Source of the DNA: Candidatus Latescibacterota bacterium
GTDB taxonomy: Bacteria > Latescibacterota > UBA2968 > GCA-2709665
Length of the DNA stretch: 64,000 nucleotides
Reading direction: 5' to 3'
Assembly (NCBI GenBank): GCA_965116875.1
Contig: OZ220733.1
Location: 5,152,001-5,216,000, forward strand
The notes under the pieces are model-generated. The model was given only the letters and a program-made list of their open reading frames with translations. It ran no database searches and was not told where the DNA came from. Made by a program: the position numbers and the translations under genes. Numbering within the stretch: position 1 is the stretch's first letter; every line of letters starts with the position of its first letter. Of the stretch, positions 38,854-48,349 are shown one piece after another.

Positions 38854-40467
38854 CTAAATGGCGAACATCTCTGGCTCCAGGAGGTCGCGCGACCAACGGC
38901 GCAGGCGGCTGATCGCCTTTACCTTGATTTGGCGGATGCGCTCGCGTGTGAGATTCATCATCTCGCCGATTTCCTCCAATGTATGGCTATCGCTGCCATT
39001 CAGGCCAAAATGCAGGCTGATTACTTCCGCCTCGCGTGGTGTGAGGCGGTCAAGCGCTTCGTCAATTTGCTTTACGGCAGATTGGCGCACAATTTCAGCG
39101 TCAGGCGTAGCCGTGTTCTCGTCGACCAAAGTCTCTACCAGACCACTTCCGTGGTTGATAGGAGAATCGTCCAGTGGCAACATGCCTAGGCCGCTAGTGA
39201 TCGTATCCAGGACCTCTTCGACCGGGAGTCCAAGTTCGGCAGCTATTTCTTCCAGGTCATCCTGCGACGGCACCTCGAGTTCGCCGGCACCATTTTCCGC
39301 TGTCGGCGCAGCGTCCCAGCCGTTATTTAGTACGCATGTGATGTCATTGAGCATACTGACTCTATTGAGAGGTAAGCGCACGGTACGCGTATGCTCTTCA
39401 ATTGTTTGAATGATAGACTGGCGAATCCAATGAACCGCATACGTAATCAATCTATTTCCTAGTGACCCGTCGAAGCGGTCGACCGCAGTTACCAGACCCT
39501 TATTTCCTGCACTGATCAGGTCGGAAAGGGGCAGACCGCGATTTCGGTACTTCTTCGCCATGTATATGACAAATCGTAAATTCGCCGAGATTAACGCCTC
39601 ACGTGCTTCCACATCGCCATTCTTGGTGCGTTCAGCCAATTCTATCTCGCGCTCTCTCGATAGTGGTGTTGAACGAGCGATATCATTGAAGTAATTTCGC
39701 AGTGTGACTTCCTCTCCTTCGGGCAGTTTGCCCTCAGACTCCACCCGTTCAATCCAATCGGATGCATATTGGTAGAACGGCTGTCCGCGTTCTGTGGTGT
39801 CCAGCTTAGATAACCAGGCTGACAGTAAGCCGTCAAAGTTGCGGGACTTACCATTGGCATTCATCCAATTGATACATTCCGATAAAGACAGATCTGCCAG
39901 AACGTCCAGATCGCTTTGGCGCGGATTTTCGGTCGGAATCTCCCTGCTCAACGACGTGACTCGTTCAAGCACGTCGAGACTATCGTCGAGTTTGTGCGGC
40001 CGGCGACCAATAGCAGCGATAGTAAAGAGGTATCCAGCGCGGAAAAGAACCACCGCCGGGGCCTTGATTCGCTTGTCAATCTCCCTGGTGAATTCATCAT
40101 ATATCCCGCGAGGGTAGTCGTCGCCCCAAAGTTCCACCGCGAAGAAGAGAATGCTCTGCTGCCGACCCTCATCAAACTCTGCAGCCTGACTCCGAGGTGA
40201 CTGTTGAACGGCCCAGGCGATTTCATCGTTTGTTAGCTGAAATATAATCTTTACGGACTGAACGTGCTCAAGGAATGCCCGTTCAGTGTTGGTATTTGAT
40301 CTATACGCCGGTAATGCCTGGACAAAGCTATTGACGTCGCCTGAAAGTTCCAAGGTGCGGTCGCTTTGATAGCCGAGCACTTCAAGCAGGTCTTTCGCTG
40401 ATTCGGAAAAATCGCTGAATGAAATCGCCTCAATCGCCGTTTGAATCTTCTCTTTGATATCGGGCAT
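38854..40467 (-). CDS. Chimeric protein: copy of the R-M N-terminal domain fused to a sigma-70 (RpoD/RpoS-like regions 1.2-4)
   Basis: First ~245 aa align with the start of the 34.4-37.9 kb MTase; then LRNYFNDI..TPLSRERE, LISANLRFV..AKKY, DLISAGNKGL..AVDRFD, TYAVHWIRQ, RTVRLP, TLEEIG...LTRERIRQI. Confidence 0.9.
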   Translation of the reverse strand: MPDIKEKIQTAIEAISFSDFSESAKDLLEVLGYQSDRTLELSGDVNSFVQALPAYRSNTNTERAFLEHVQSVKIIFQLTNDEIAWAVQQSPRSQAAEFDEGRQQSILFFAVELWGDDYPRGIYDEFTREIDKRIKAPAVVLFRAGYLFTIAAIGRRPHKLDDSLDVLERVTSLSREIPTENPRQSDLDVLADLSLSECINWMNANGKSRNFDGLLSAWLSKLDTTERGQPFYQYASDWIERVESEGKLPEGEEVTLRNYFNDIARSTPLSREREIELAERTKNGDVEAREALISANLRFVIYMAKKYRNRGLPLSDLISAGNKGLVTAVDRFDGSLGNRLITYAVHWIRQSIIQTIEEHTRTVRLPLNRVSMLNDITCVLNNGWDAAPTAENGAGELEVPSQDDLEEIAAELGLPVEEVLDTITSGLGMLPLDDSPINHGSGLVETLVDENTATPDAEIVRQSAVKQIDEALDRLTPREAEVISLHFGLNGSDSHTLEEIGEMMNLTRERIRQIKVKAISRLRRWSRDLLEPEMFAI

Positions 40468-40469
40468 GC

Positions 40470-43400
40470 TCAGGTCTGTGAGATAATCAGCCAAGTCACA
40501 AGCTCAAAATCAGCGTTACTCGGACTGCGGGAATTAACCGGAAGTTTTGTGTCACGCTGACCGAAAATGCCAAGTTGTCGTATCTGCGTGGCAACGTTCG
40601 CGCCACCGATTTCTGCAATGACCGCGTTCAACAGCTTGTCGTAACTTGCCATCTCCTTCCCATTTTGGGTCTCGCGGTCGAACTGATCACACAAGGTTTG
40701 GATGGGCTCGGTCTTTCCTAAGGCCAGCGACTCAAACAGCTCAAGCGCCTGCCGCGCGTTAGCGCAACCGTAGCGGATGACTCCGGTGTTCCGGATGTAC
40801 GCCAGATAATATGGATGTATCGGGCTCGCCATTTTTTCCCGTCTGTCTTTAACTGTATTACGCCGCCGCAGGAAAAATACCACTCCCGGCGCCGGCCGAC
40901 TGCCTTCTCCGTGGGTTACAGCATAGGCCCCGCTGGGGGTCGCTTCCAATTCATCCCTATTCCCTTCAAGATAGCGTAATAGCTGCGCGAAAAAATAGTC
41001 CAGCGTAAAATCGCTTATTACGACGCCATCCGTGACTTCGTCAAGATCGAGGACTTCCTCGCGAAGTTGCTGAAGTTGCCAGTCTCGGAAACTGAGTTCT
41101 CTCTGAACCGTGTCGTAAGTCTCTTCGTCCAGGGGATCATCGGCCCCGCTCGCGGCCGCGTCAGCAAGCGCCATGCGAGCTTGAACGCGGGTTTGCAGCC
41201 GTAGATAGACTTCCATATCGTCCGTAGGCCAGTAATTGATCATCCTCACCGCCTTGCTGCGGCTTCCAATCCTGTCGATTCGCCCGAAGCGCTGAATGAT
41301 CCGTATAGGATTCCAATGGATATCGTAGTTCAGAACCGTATCGCAATCCTGCAGGTTCTGACCTTCCGAGATGCAGTCGGTCGCTATGAGCAGGTCAATC
41401 TCACCGTTGACCGCGACATTCCGCCCTCGCGCCCTGGGCGAGAAGCTGCTGAGAATAGCGTTGAAGTTGTTGGCGCCAAACTTCGTATGTGTCACGTCTC
41501 CTGCGACCATGGCCATATTCAGCCCCAATCCTTCCACCAAGTCTTCTAAGTTTTCGTAGAGGTATTCCGCAGTATCTTTGAAGGTCGTAAACACCAGGAT
41601 CTTGCGATTGACCCTGCCGTCTTTGTCTTTCGTTGGACTGTTCACCCTGTTTCGAATATGCTCCCTGATTTTTCGCAGCTTTCCATCCCGATCCGGTGTG
41701 ATCCCCCTGACTCTCTCCCATGCGGAAGAGAGCGTTTCCCTATCACTAATCAAATCCCCTCTCCACTTTGGAAGGTCGAGTTCGCGAAGGTGAAAGGGGT
41801 TTCTTGCCCGATTAACCAGGAATTCCTCATCATCTTCGTCGTCGTCCGGCAGGACGTCAGCCGGTTCATTGGTCTCGTATCGGGTATCCGGGAATTTATC
41901 GATCTTTTCGATCAAGTCGTTTATTTTGCCCACCGTCCGACCTAGAGTCTCTGCGAGTGAATGAGCTGAACTCTCCAGCCGCTTCAGAAAATTCGTGCGA
42001 ATCATACCAATCAAAAAACGTTCACGGTCCTCCTGGTTGAATCTCAGAGTCTGCTTCTCCTCTGCCAAGCGCCTCCGCGCTTCTTCACTCACGACGTATC
42101 TGGATGGTCTGTACACAGATAAGCCAAACGCTTCGATCTGCTCGGTGAGATCAGCATAGGACAGTCCGCCCGTTAGGTCGGTTGGTGGATGGTAATTCTC
42201 AGGTCGTAGCTGTTTAGGAAATTTGCCGATCCGATCCATTTCATGGGCGTAGAATGTCTTGATCTGACGTCGGGACCGGGCAATGGAAATCCCCCCAAGC
42301 AAACCGAAAAAATCTGCTCCCAGTTGTTCGAGCAACTTGGATTTATCCTTCTTGCCGGTCCGCGCTGTGGTGTTTTCCCACGACTTAAATTCCCTCTGTG
42401 CCTGTTTAATCAACACATTAATATTGCCAATCCCCAAACTCCCACGGAATACATCCTCGCGTCCTTCTGTCATGAGGTAGATCTGGTTTCGAAGATCAAC
42501 CAGCGACGTGTTAACAGGGGTCGCCGAGAGCATCAGTACTTTCGTCTGTACGCCCTCCTTTATCACCTCTTCCAGTAAACGAGAATAGCGACTGTGTCGG
42601 ACATTGCCGTCTTCATCTATTCGGGGTCGCGAGTCATTCCTGAAATTGTGTGACTCGTCGATTACCACCAGATCGAAATTACCCCAAATGAAGTTTGCGA
42701 GATTCGTATCTCCGGATGTTCCACTGTTGCGGGTCAAATCGGTATGTGAGAGTAACGTGTATCTGAATCGGTCCTCAAGAAAGGGATTGTCCCTTTGTGC
42801 GTTACGCGCCGGATAAAGTGCCCAGTTTTCACGAAGCTTCTTCGGGCTCAAAACTAGCACGTCTTTGTCCTTTGACTCGAAGTACTTAATTACTGCCAAA
42901 GCCGTAAATGTCTTTCCTAGTCCCACACTATCAGCCAGGATGCAGCCATTGTGTCGTTGCAGGCGTGTAATTACGCTCTTGACGCCGTCCTTCTGAAAGT
43001 TGTACAACGCATTCCAGATAGCCGTTTTATACAGGTTCGTGTCTTCGATATTTCGATCTCTGGCTTCCCTCGCATCTATATCCTCCCGGAACACCTGATA
43101 TAGCGTCTTGTAATAAATGAGTTCCGGTGAATGGTCCTTGCCGATCCGGTTGAGAGCGTCGACAACATCCCTTTTTACATTTCGGGTAAGCTTCCCGTCA
43201 GCCCAGAGATCGTCAAACCACGTGCGCAATTCCGCACGAATTGCCGGATCAGTGGTTGAAAGGTTGATTTCGACGTTTGACCCCTGATCGCAACCAAGTC
43301 CTCTCTTGGTAAAGTTGGAACTCCCGACCGCCGCCGATCCTCCATTGGACGATTCAGTTAGATGCATTTTGCCGTGAAGAAAGTTGGATCTGCCAATGGA

Positions 43401-43757
43401 TCGTATACGGACACCCCTCCTCCGCACCCATTCCTCGCATCTTCGCGCCAGATATTTTTGCTGGAGAACATGATGTGGCGAGAGGCCATCTTCCGTCAGG
43501 TCGTAAGACTTCGGCTCTTTTTCGCCTGGGTCCAGTTCACCCACGGATGCAGGATCGCCGAACAGAAAGCGGACATCTTTTAGGCCTCGAAGTTCGGATT
43601 CCAAAGCCTCATATCCGTAAATCGTGAAATATGCTGAAACGAGGCGGTACACGTCGGCATCGGACAGGTGCGTGCGCAGAAAATCGGCAACGCTGTGGTG
43701 CCGATTGTCCAGGATATGCTCGAACGCGGTGTTTTCAGCTTTTTTCGATTCGATCAT
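40470..43757 (-). CDS. PLD-nuclease domain plus SNF2-type helicase (R-M associated)
   Basis: VSAYFTIYGY, FLHGKM...GSSNFT (PLD); LADSVGLGKT, IDESHNFRN, LSATP, SEGQNLQ, WNPIRIIQRFGRIDRIG. Confidence 0.92.
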   Translation of the reverse strand: MIESKKAENTAFEHILDNRHHSVADFLRTHLSDADVYRLVSAYFTIYGYEALESELRGLKDVRFLFGDPASVGELDPGEKEPKSYDLTEDGLSPHHVLQQKYLARRCEEWVRRRGVRIRSIGRSNFLHGKMHLTESSNGGSAAVGSSNFTKRGLGCDQGSNVEINLSTTDPAIRAELRTWFDDLWADGKLTRNVKRDVVDALNRIGKDHSPELIYYKTLYQVFREDIDAREARDRNIEDTNLYKTAIWNALYNFQKDGVKSVITRLQRHNGCILADSVGLGKTFTALAVIKYFESKDKDVLVLSPKKLRENWALYPARNAQRDNPFLEDRFRYTLLSHTDLTRNSGTSGDTNLANFIWGNFDLVVIDESHNFRNDSRPRIDEDGNVRHSRYSRLLEEVIKEGVQTKVLMLSATPVNTSLVDLRNQIYLMTEGREDVFRGSLGIGNINVLIKQAQREFKSWENTTARTGKKDKSKLLEQLGADFFGLLGGISIARSRRQIKTFYAHEMDRIGKFPKQLRPENYHPPTDLTGGLSYADLTEQIEAFGLSVYRPSRYVVSEEARRRLAEEKQTLRFNQEDRERFLIGMIRTNFLKRLESSAHSLAETLGRTVGKINDLIEKIDKFPDTRYETNEPADVLPDDDEDDEEFLVNRARNPFHLRELDLPKWRGDLISDRETLSSAWERVRGITPDRDGKLRKIREHIRNRVNSPTKDKDGRVNRKILVFTTFKDTAEYLYENLEDLVEGLGLNMAMVAGDVTHTKFGANNFNAILSSFSPRARGRNVAVNGEIDLLIATDCISEGQNLQDCDTVLNYDIHWNPIRIIQRFGRIDRIGSRSKAVRMINYWPTDDMEVYLRLQTRVQARMALADAAASGADDPLDEETYDTVQRELSFRDWQLQQLREEVLDLDEVTDGVVISDFTLDYFFAQLLRYLEGNRDELEATPSGAYAVTHGEGSRPAPGVVFFLRRRNTVKDRREKMASPIHPYYLAYIRNTGVIRYGCANARQALELFESLALGKTEPIQTLCDQFDRETQNGKEMASYDKLLNAVIAEIGGANVATQIRQLGIFGQRDTKLPVNSRSPSNADFELVTWLIISQT

Positions 43758-43853
43758 CTTAGCTCCAGGAAATCTTTATCGGTATGCAGCACGTGAAGTA
43801 TATTACGGCATCGGAAGATTGTCTGTTAAATGTTCACCCGAAAGGACATCCTC

Positions 43854-44231
43854 ATGAAAAAACGACCGTTCACCAGTTCGAAGGGGAACATCCCCAAATT
43901 CCCTTATTCGCAGGCCATTATATACGGCGATTTGATATTCATCTCCGCCCAGCCTCCCGTGGACCCGGAAACGGGAGACGTGGATTCCGGCGACCTGAAG
44001 GCCCAGACCCGCCGGATCCTCGCAAACGTATCCGGCATTCTCGAGGACGCGGGCACTTCGCTGGACAACGTGCTCAAGGTCACCGTCTTCATCAAAGACC
44101 GGTCGCTGTTTTCCGATTTCAACGACGCCTACGCCGGTTTCTTCCCGGAAAATCCGCCGGCGCGGTCACCGGTCTTCACCGACACCGGCGACTCTCTTGT
44201 GACGATGGATTTCATCGCCGGCATGGAGTGA
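43854..44231 (+). CDS. RidA/YjgF family protein
   Basis: PYSQAI, AQT...L.NV..ILEDAG.SL.NVLKVTVF, NDAYAGFF..NPPARS. Confidence 0.88.
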   Translation: MKKRPFTSSKGNIPKFPYSQAIIYGDLIFISAQPPVDPETGDVDSGDLKAQTRRILANVSGILEDAGTSLDNVLKVTVFIKDRSLFSDFNDAYAGFFPENPPARSPVFTDTGDSLVTMDFIAGME

Positions 44232-44258
44232 GCGCAGGGACGGACGCGGAATACCGGT

Positions 44259-45278
44259 CTATTCGCCGCCGCCAGCCTTTGCGCGCTTCCTTCCGGCCAG
44301 GCGCGCGCCCAGGCGCAGCGTGCTAAGCATATTGGCTTCATTCGCGACGCCCTTACCCGCGATATCGAACGCCGTACCGTGATCCACGGAGACACGGACA
44401 ATGGGCAGACCCAGCGTCACGTTGACCGCATCGTGGAACGCCACCAGCTTGACCGGCGCGTGACCCTGGTCGTGGTACATCGCCACCACCCCGTCGAAAT
44501 CCCCATTGTACGCCTTGAGAAAGACCGTATCCGCGGGAAGCGGCCCTGTAACACACATTCCCTCGGCGATCGCCGCCCGTACGGCCGGCTCGATCACTTC
44601 CGCGTCTTCCAAACCCATGATTCCCGATTCTCCCGCGTGCGGATTCAACCCGCATACGGCAATGCCGGGATCCGGCCGGCCCATATCCGACAGTGCGCCG
44701 TGCAGAAGGCGGATGGTGTCGAGAACCCGTGCTTCGGTCAACCGCCCGGGCACCTGTTCCAGCGCCACGTGTCCCGTTACATGGGCCACGTTCAGGCGGT
44801 CGGACGCCAACATCAAACGGACGTCCGCAGCGCCCAGACGGTCTGCCAGCAACTCCGTATGGCCGGCAAAAGGGAACCCCGCCCGGTTCATCGCCTCCTT
44901 GTTCAGCGGCGCCGTCACGATCCCGTCGATTCGCCCCGATGCAGCCAGATCCGCCGCCCGGACCACCCATTCCACGGCCGCGCGGCCCGCCTCGGGACAG
45001 ACCCGCCCGGTCTCAATCTGCACGAGATCCACGTCGACAGGCGCCCAGAGATCGATCTGCCCGAAGCGGCATCCACCCGATTCGGGCCCGTCCACGATCC
45101 GGACCTCGAGCCGACAGTTTGAGTGCGCCAGATTCGCGGAGAGAACGTTGGGGTCGCCGACCACGAGCGGCCGGCAGAACGCATATACATCCGGATGGCT
45201 CAACGCCTTTACGATCACCTCCGGGCCGATGCCGCAGACGTCCCCCATCGTGATTCCCAGCAACGGACGCGGTGTCAT
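44259..45278 (-). CDS. pdxA: 4-hydroxythreonine-4-phosphate dehydrogenase family (PdxA/PdxA2)
   Basis: ITMGDVCGIGPE, TAPLNK, GHTE, GLNPHAGE, AMYHDQG, RVSVDHGTAFDIAGKG. Confidence 0.92.
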   Translation of the reverse strand: MTPRPLLGITMGDVCGIGPEVIVKALSHPDVYAFCRPLVVGDPNVLSANLAHSNCRLEVRIVDGPESGGCRFGQIDLWAPVDVDLVQIETGRVCPEAGRAAVEWVVRAADLAASGRIDGIVTAPLNKEAMNRAGFPFAGHTELLADRLGAADVRLMLASDRLNVAHVTGHVALEQVPGRLTEARVLDTIRLLHGALSDMGRPDPGIAVCGLNPHAGESGIMGLEDAEVIEPAVRAAIAEGMCVTGPLPADTVFLKAYNGDFDGVVAMYHDQGHAPVKLVAFHDAVNVTLGLPIVRVSVDHGTAFDIAGKGVANEANMLSTLRLGARLAGRKRAKAGGGE

Positions 45279-45328
45279 CGTGTCACCCTCTCACAGGCTG
45301 CCCGGCATGCCGCGATCGGACCGTGTCT

Positions 45329-46180
45329 CTATCCTTTTTCCGGCCCCGAGGTTGCGTACACCTGCCTGGGCATACCCCCGTAGGGTACCCCGCCAAGGTA
45401 CATTCGCGTGAATCCCCGTTGCACGGAAAACCCGAACTCCTCCGCCAGCGCCGTTCCGTCCGGATTCTCCAGCGGCACGTCGAAGAAAACCGGTTCGCCC
45501 GCCAGTCTGTCCATCGCCCAGCAGAACAGCGACCTGCCCGCCCGCTCGTTGGCGGACACCAGCGGTCCGATCTGAAAGGCGCTGCTGCCGGGTCTGACCA
45601 TCACGTATCCCTCGATCTCGCTTTCCGCCCCGGGGTAGACCCCGCACAAGCCGCCGGAGTCCCGGAAAAGAAACTTCAGCAGATCCTCCCGGCATACGCC
45701 GAAGCGGGGCGTATCGAAGGCAACCACTTCTGCAAGGTCCGTTTCGCGCATGGCGCGCACCGACGTCCAGCTGCACGCCCGTCCCACGCCCTCCCGCCGC
45801 TGCAGCCCGTATTCGTCCCGGAACCCGAGCGGCACGTACACCTGCCGTCCCATGGGCGTCGCGTCCAGCTTGACGGTATCCACGCCACTGTCCTGCAGGT
45901 GGGTGATGCCGTGCCGCAGCATCGCCGTGCCAATACCCTGCCGCCTGCGCACCGGCGGCACCAGTACCATCGCCACCCAGCCGCAGACCCCGCCGAACGT
46001 TACCGTCACGACCGTGCCGGCCGGTTCGTTTTCGATTTCGGCGACAAAACAGCCGCGAGGCGAAAGCGCCAGAAAGCGCTGCCAGTCCCCTTCGACCTGA
46101 TTCCAGCCGGCCAACGTCTTGAACCGCATACCGGTAGGGACGTCCGCCGGCGTCATCTGACGGATACACAGGCTCTTGTC
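45329..46180 (-). CDS. GNAT N-acetyltransferase (tandem GNAT, YitH-like); start uncertain
   Basis: GWNQ..DW, MVLV....RRQGIG, LDATPMG..VY..LGF, IGPLV, PEKG end. Confidence 0.82.
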   Translation of the reverse strand, partial: DKSLCIRQMTPADVPTGMRFKTLAGWNQVEGDWQRFLALSPRGCFVAEIENEPAGTVVTVTFGGVCGWVAMVLVPPVRRRQGIGTAMLRHGITHLQDSGVDTVKLDATPMGRQVYVPLGFRDEYGLQRREGVGRACSWTSVRAMRETDLAEVVAFDTPRFGVCREDLLKFLFRDSGGLCGVYPGAESEIEGYVMVRPGSSAFQIGPLVSANERAGRSLFCWAMDRLAGEPVFFDVPLENPDGTALAEEFGFSVQRGFTRMYLGGVPYGGMPRQVYATSGPEKG

Positions 46181-46272
46181 GATATCGGACACACACCCTC
46201 CGGCGAACCCCGTCGGCCCACGGCCATCCGCATTGGACCGTACGAGCCCGGGAAAGTCCTGCCATTCACCCG

Positions 46273-46301
46273 TTGACACCCCGGGCCGTACGCCTCATAT
46301 T
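46273..46301 (+). promoter_or_regulatory. Promoter of the DUF6785-like gene
   Basis: TTGACA-N17-CATATT. Confidence 0.5.
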
Positions 46302-46407
46302 ATCGCCACTTCCAGCCCCGCGCGCAACAGACGTGCATCGATTCCGCGTGTGATTCGCGCACTCTCCACGTTCTCAAAACCTCGCGCAAGAGCCCGGGTC
46401 CCACTCC

Positions 46408-48327
46408 ATGGCGAAACTTGTCACCCGCCGGTCCATCCTCATCGGCCTTGCGCTTACGGTTGTCATCTGCCTCTTCGCGACAGACACCACCTACCGGCTT
46501 CGGGCTTCCCGGGTTTCCCTGGGCCACCTGCCCATGTCGCTCTGGCTGCCGTTCCTCCTCCTCTTCCTCGTCAACCGGGTCCTGCAGAACTTCCGTCCGC
46601 TCTGGTCACTGAACGCCCGGGAACTGGGCCTGATCTTGTGTATGGGATTCATCGGCGGCGCATTTCCAACGAAGAACATCGCCGGGCGTCTTGTCGCCGT
46701 CCTCGCCACGCCGTACTACAAGGCCACGCCGGAAAACCGGTGGGGCGAGTACGTCACCGAACACCTGCGGTCCTGGTCCGTCCCCGGAAACCGGAACGGC
46801 GCCATCACCCACCTGTGGGAAGGCCTGCCCAGGGGCCAGCCCATTCCCTGGGAGGTCTGGCTGGCGCCCCTGTTCTGGTGGTTCACCCTGTTGTTCGCGC
46901 TGTTTATCGCCTGCCTCTGCATCACGGTGATTCTCCGCAAACAGTGGGTGGAACACGAACGGATCGTCTTTCCGCTGGCCCGGCTGCCGTTGATGATGAT
47001 TTCCGATCCCGGGGCGGGCGCCATCCCCCTCTTCAACAACCGACGTTTCTGGGCCGGATTCGGAATCGGCATTTTCGTTCTCGCGTGGAACGTGCTTCCC
47101 CGCCTTTCTCACAGGGTGCCCTTCATTCCTCTCGGACCCACGTATTCGAGCGCCCTGACGTTCGGCCACGACTTCCCGCCGCTCCAGATCAAATTCAACT
47201 TCGTGGTTGCGGCGTTCGGCTATCTCACGAACCTGGAGGTGCTGCTGTCCGTCTGGCTCTTTCATGTGCTTTCGCTCTTCGAGATCGGCCTGACCAACCG
47301 TCTCGGAATCACCGTCAGCAGCGAGTACCACGGCGGCGTTCTGCTGCAACAGGCGGGTGGATTCGTCGCGCTCGTGCTTCTGGGCCTCTACATGGCCCGT
47401 AAACACATTGCCGGGGTATTCCGCAGCGCCTGGAGGAAGCAGCCGGATATGGACGATGGGGACGAACTGCTGTCCTATCGCGCCGCCGTTGTCGGCCTGC
47501 TGGTTTCCCTGGCCTACTCGGTGGCCTGGCTCCACGCGCTGGGCATTTCCTTCCTGGCCGTAACCGTTCAACTCGGGCTGCTCCTCATCTTTTTCCTCGG
47601 CCTGTCCAAGATCGTGGCCGAAACAGGCCTGGTTTACATCGAAACGCCGCAACGCACGCAGGCGCTCACCGCGGCAATGCTGGGCACACAGGTACAGACG
47701 GCCGACCACGTGGGCCTGGCCCTGTCGGCCAACGTCGTTGAAAGCCACCGGCAATACATCCTGCCCTCGCTTGTACACGTCGCCCGGATCCAGCACAGCA
47801 TTCGCCTGAACCGGTTCCGCGTGACCGGGGCGCTCTGCGCGGCGTTCGTAGTCGGTTTCGCAGCGTCGATCGCCTACACACTCAATCTGTGTTACAGCGC
47901 CACGGGAGCGGCGAACATCCGGCACGTCTACGTTTTCGGCGGCTACGGCCTTCGCATGTTCAACCGCGTGGTCACGTGGGCGGGCGCGCCGCCCACGTTC
48001 ACGGGAACGGAACTCGCATTCATAGGCGCCGGCGTGCTCGGTACCCTGCTCCTTGGGATGCTCCGGCTGCGCTTTCCGTGGTGGCCGCTGCACCCCGTCG
48101 GATTCACGGTGGGCTACGCGTTCCCCGTGAGGGTTACCGCCTTTACCGTCTTTCTCGTGTGGGCGTTCAAATCCCTCGTGCTCCGGTTCGGCGGCATCGC
48201 GCTCTACCGGAGCTTTCAGCCTTTTTTCGTGGGATTGCTGATCGGCTATACACTGGGCGTGGGAATCTCGACGCTTACCGATGCGATCTGGTTTCCGGGC
48301 GACGGAAAGATGGTACACACCTGGTGA
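46408..48327 (+). CDS. DUF6785/DUF6784-type polytopic membrane protein
   Basis: IPWEVWLAPL, LRKQWVEHERIVFPL, VAETG, FPWWPLHPVGF, RFGG..LYR...PFF.GL..G. Confidence 0.7.
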   Translation: MAKLVTRRSILIGLALTVVICLFATDTTYRLRASRVSLGHLPMSLWLPFLLLFLVNRVLQNFRPLWSLNARELGLILCMGFIGGAFPTKNIAGRLVAVLATPYYKATPENRWGEYVTEHLRSWSVPGNRNGAITHLWEGLPRGQPIPWEVWLAPLFWWFTLLFALFIACLCITVILRKQWVEHERIVFPLARLPLMMISDPGAGAIPLFNNRRFWAGFGIGIFVLAWNVLPRLSHRVPFIPLGPTYSSALTFGHDFPPLQIKFNFVVAAFGYLTNLEVLLSVWLFHVLSLFEIGLTNRLGITVSSEYHGGVLLQQAGGFVALVLLGLYMARKHIAGVFRSAWRKQPDMDDGDELLSYRAAVVGLLVSLAYSVAWLHALGISFLAVTVQLGLLLIFFLGLSKIVAETGLVYIETPQRTQALTAAMLGTQVQTADHVGLALSANVVESHRQYILPSLVHVARIQHSIRLNRFRVTGALCAAFVVGFAASIAYTLNLCYSATGAANIRHVYVFGGYGLRMFNRVVTWAGAPPTFTGTELAFIGAGVLGTLLLGMLRLRFPWWPLHPVGFTVGYAFPVRVTAFTVFLVWAFKSLVLRFGGIALYRSFQPFFVGLLIGYTLGVGISTLTDAIWFPGDGKMVHTW

Positions 48328-48349
48328 CGCGTGCCGTCCGCCATGGTCG

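Larger units (their letters stand above)
29300..43800 (-). other. Defence island (horizontally acquired, AT-richer than flanks)
   Basis: Visibly lower GC than the flanks; all genes on the minus strand, several with overlapping or adjacent stop/start codons; no integrase seen. Confidence 0.8.

Noticed and set aside
40470-43757. Calling the locus DISARM or BREX
   Set aside because: No DrmA/DrmB (DUF1998), PglZ or BrxC/BrxL-like genes are visible; only the helicase plus MTase resemblance exists.
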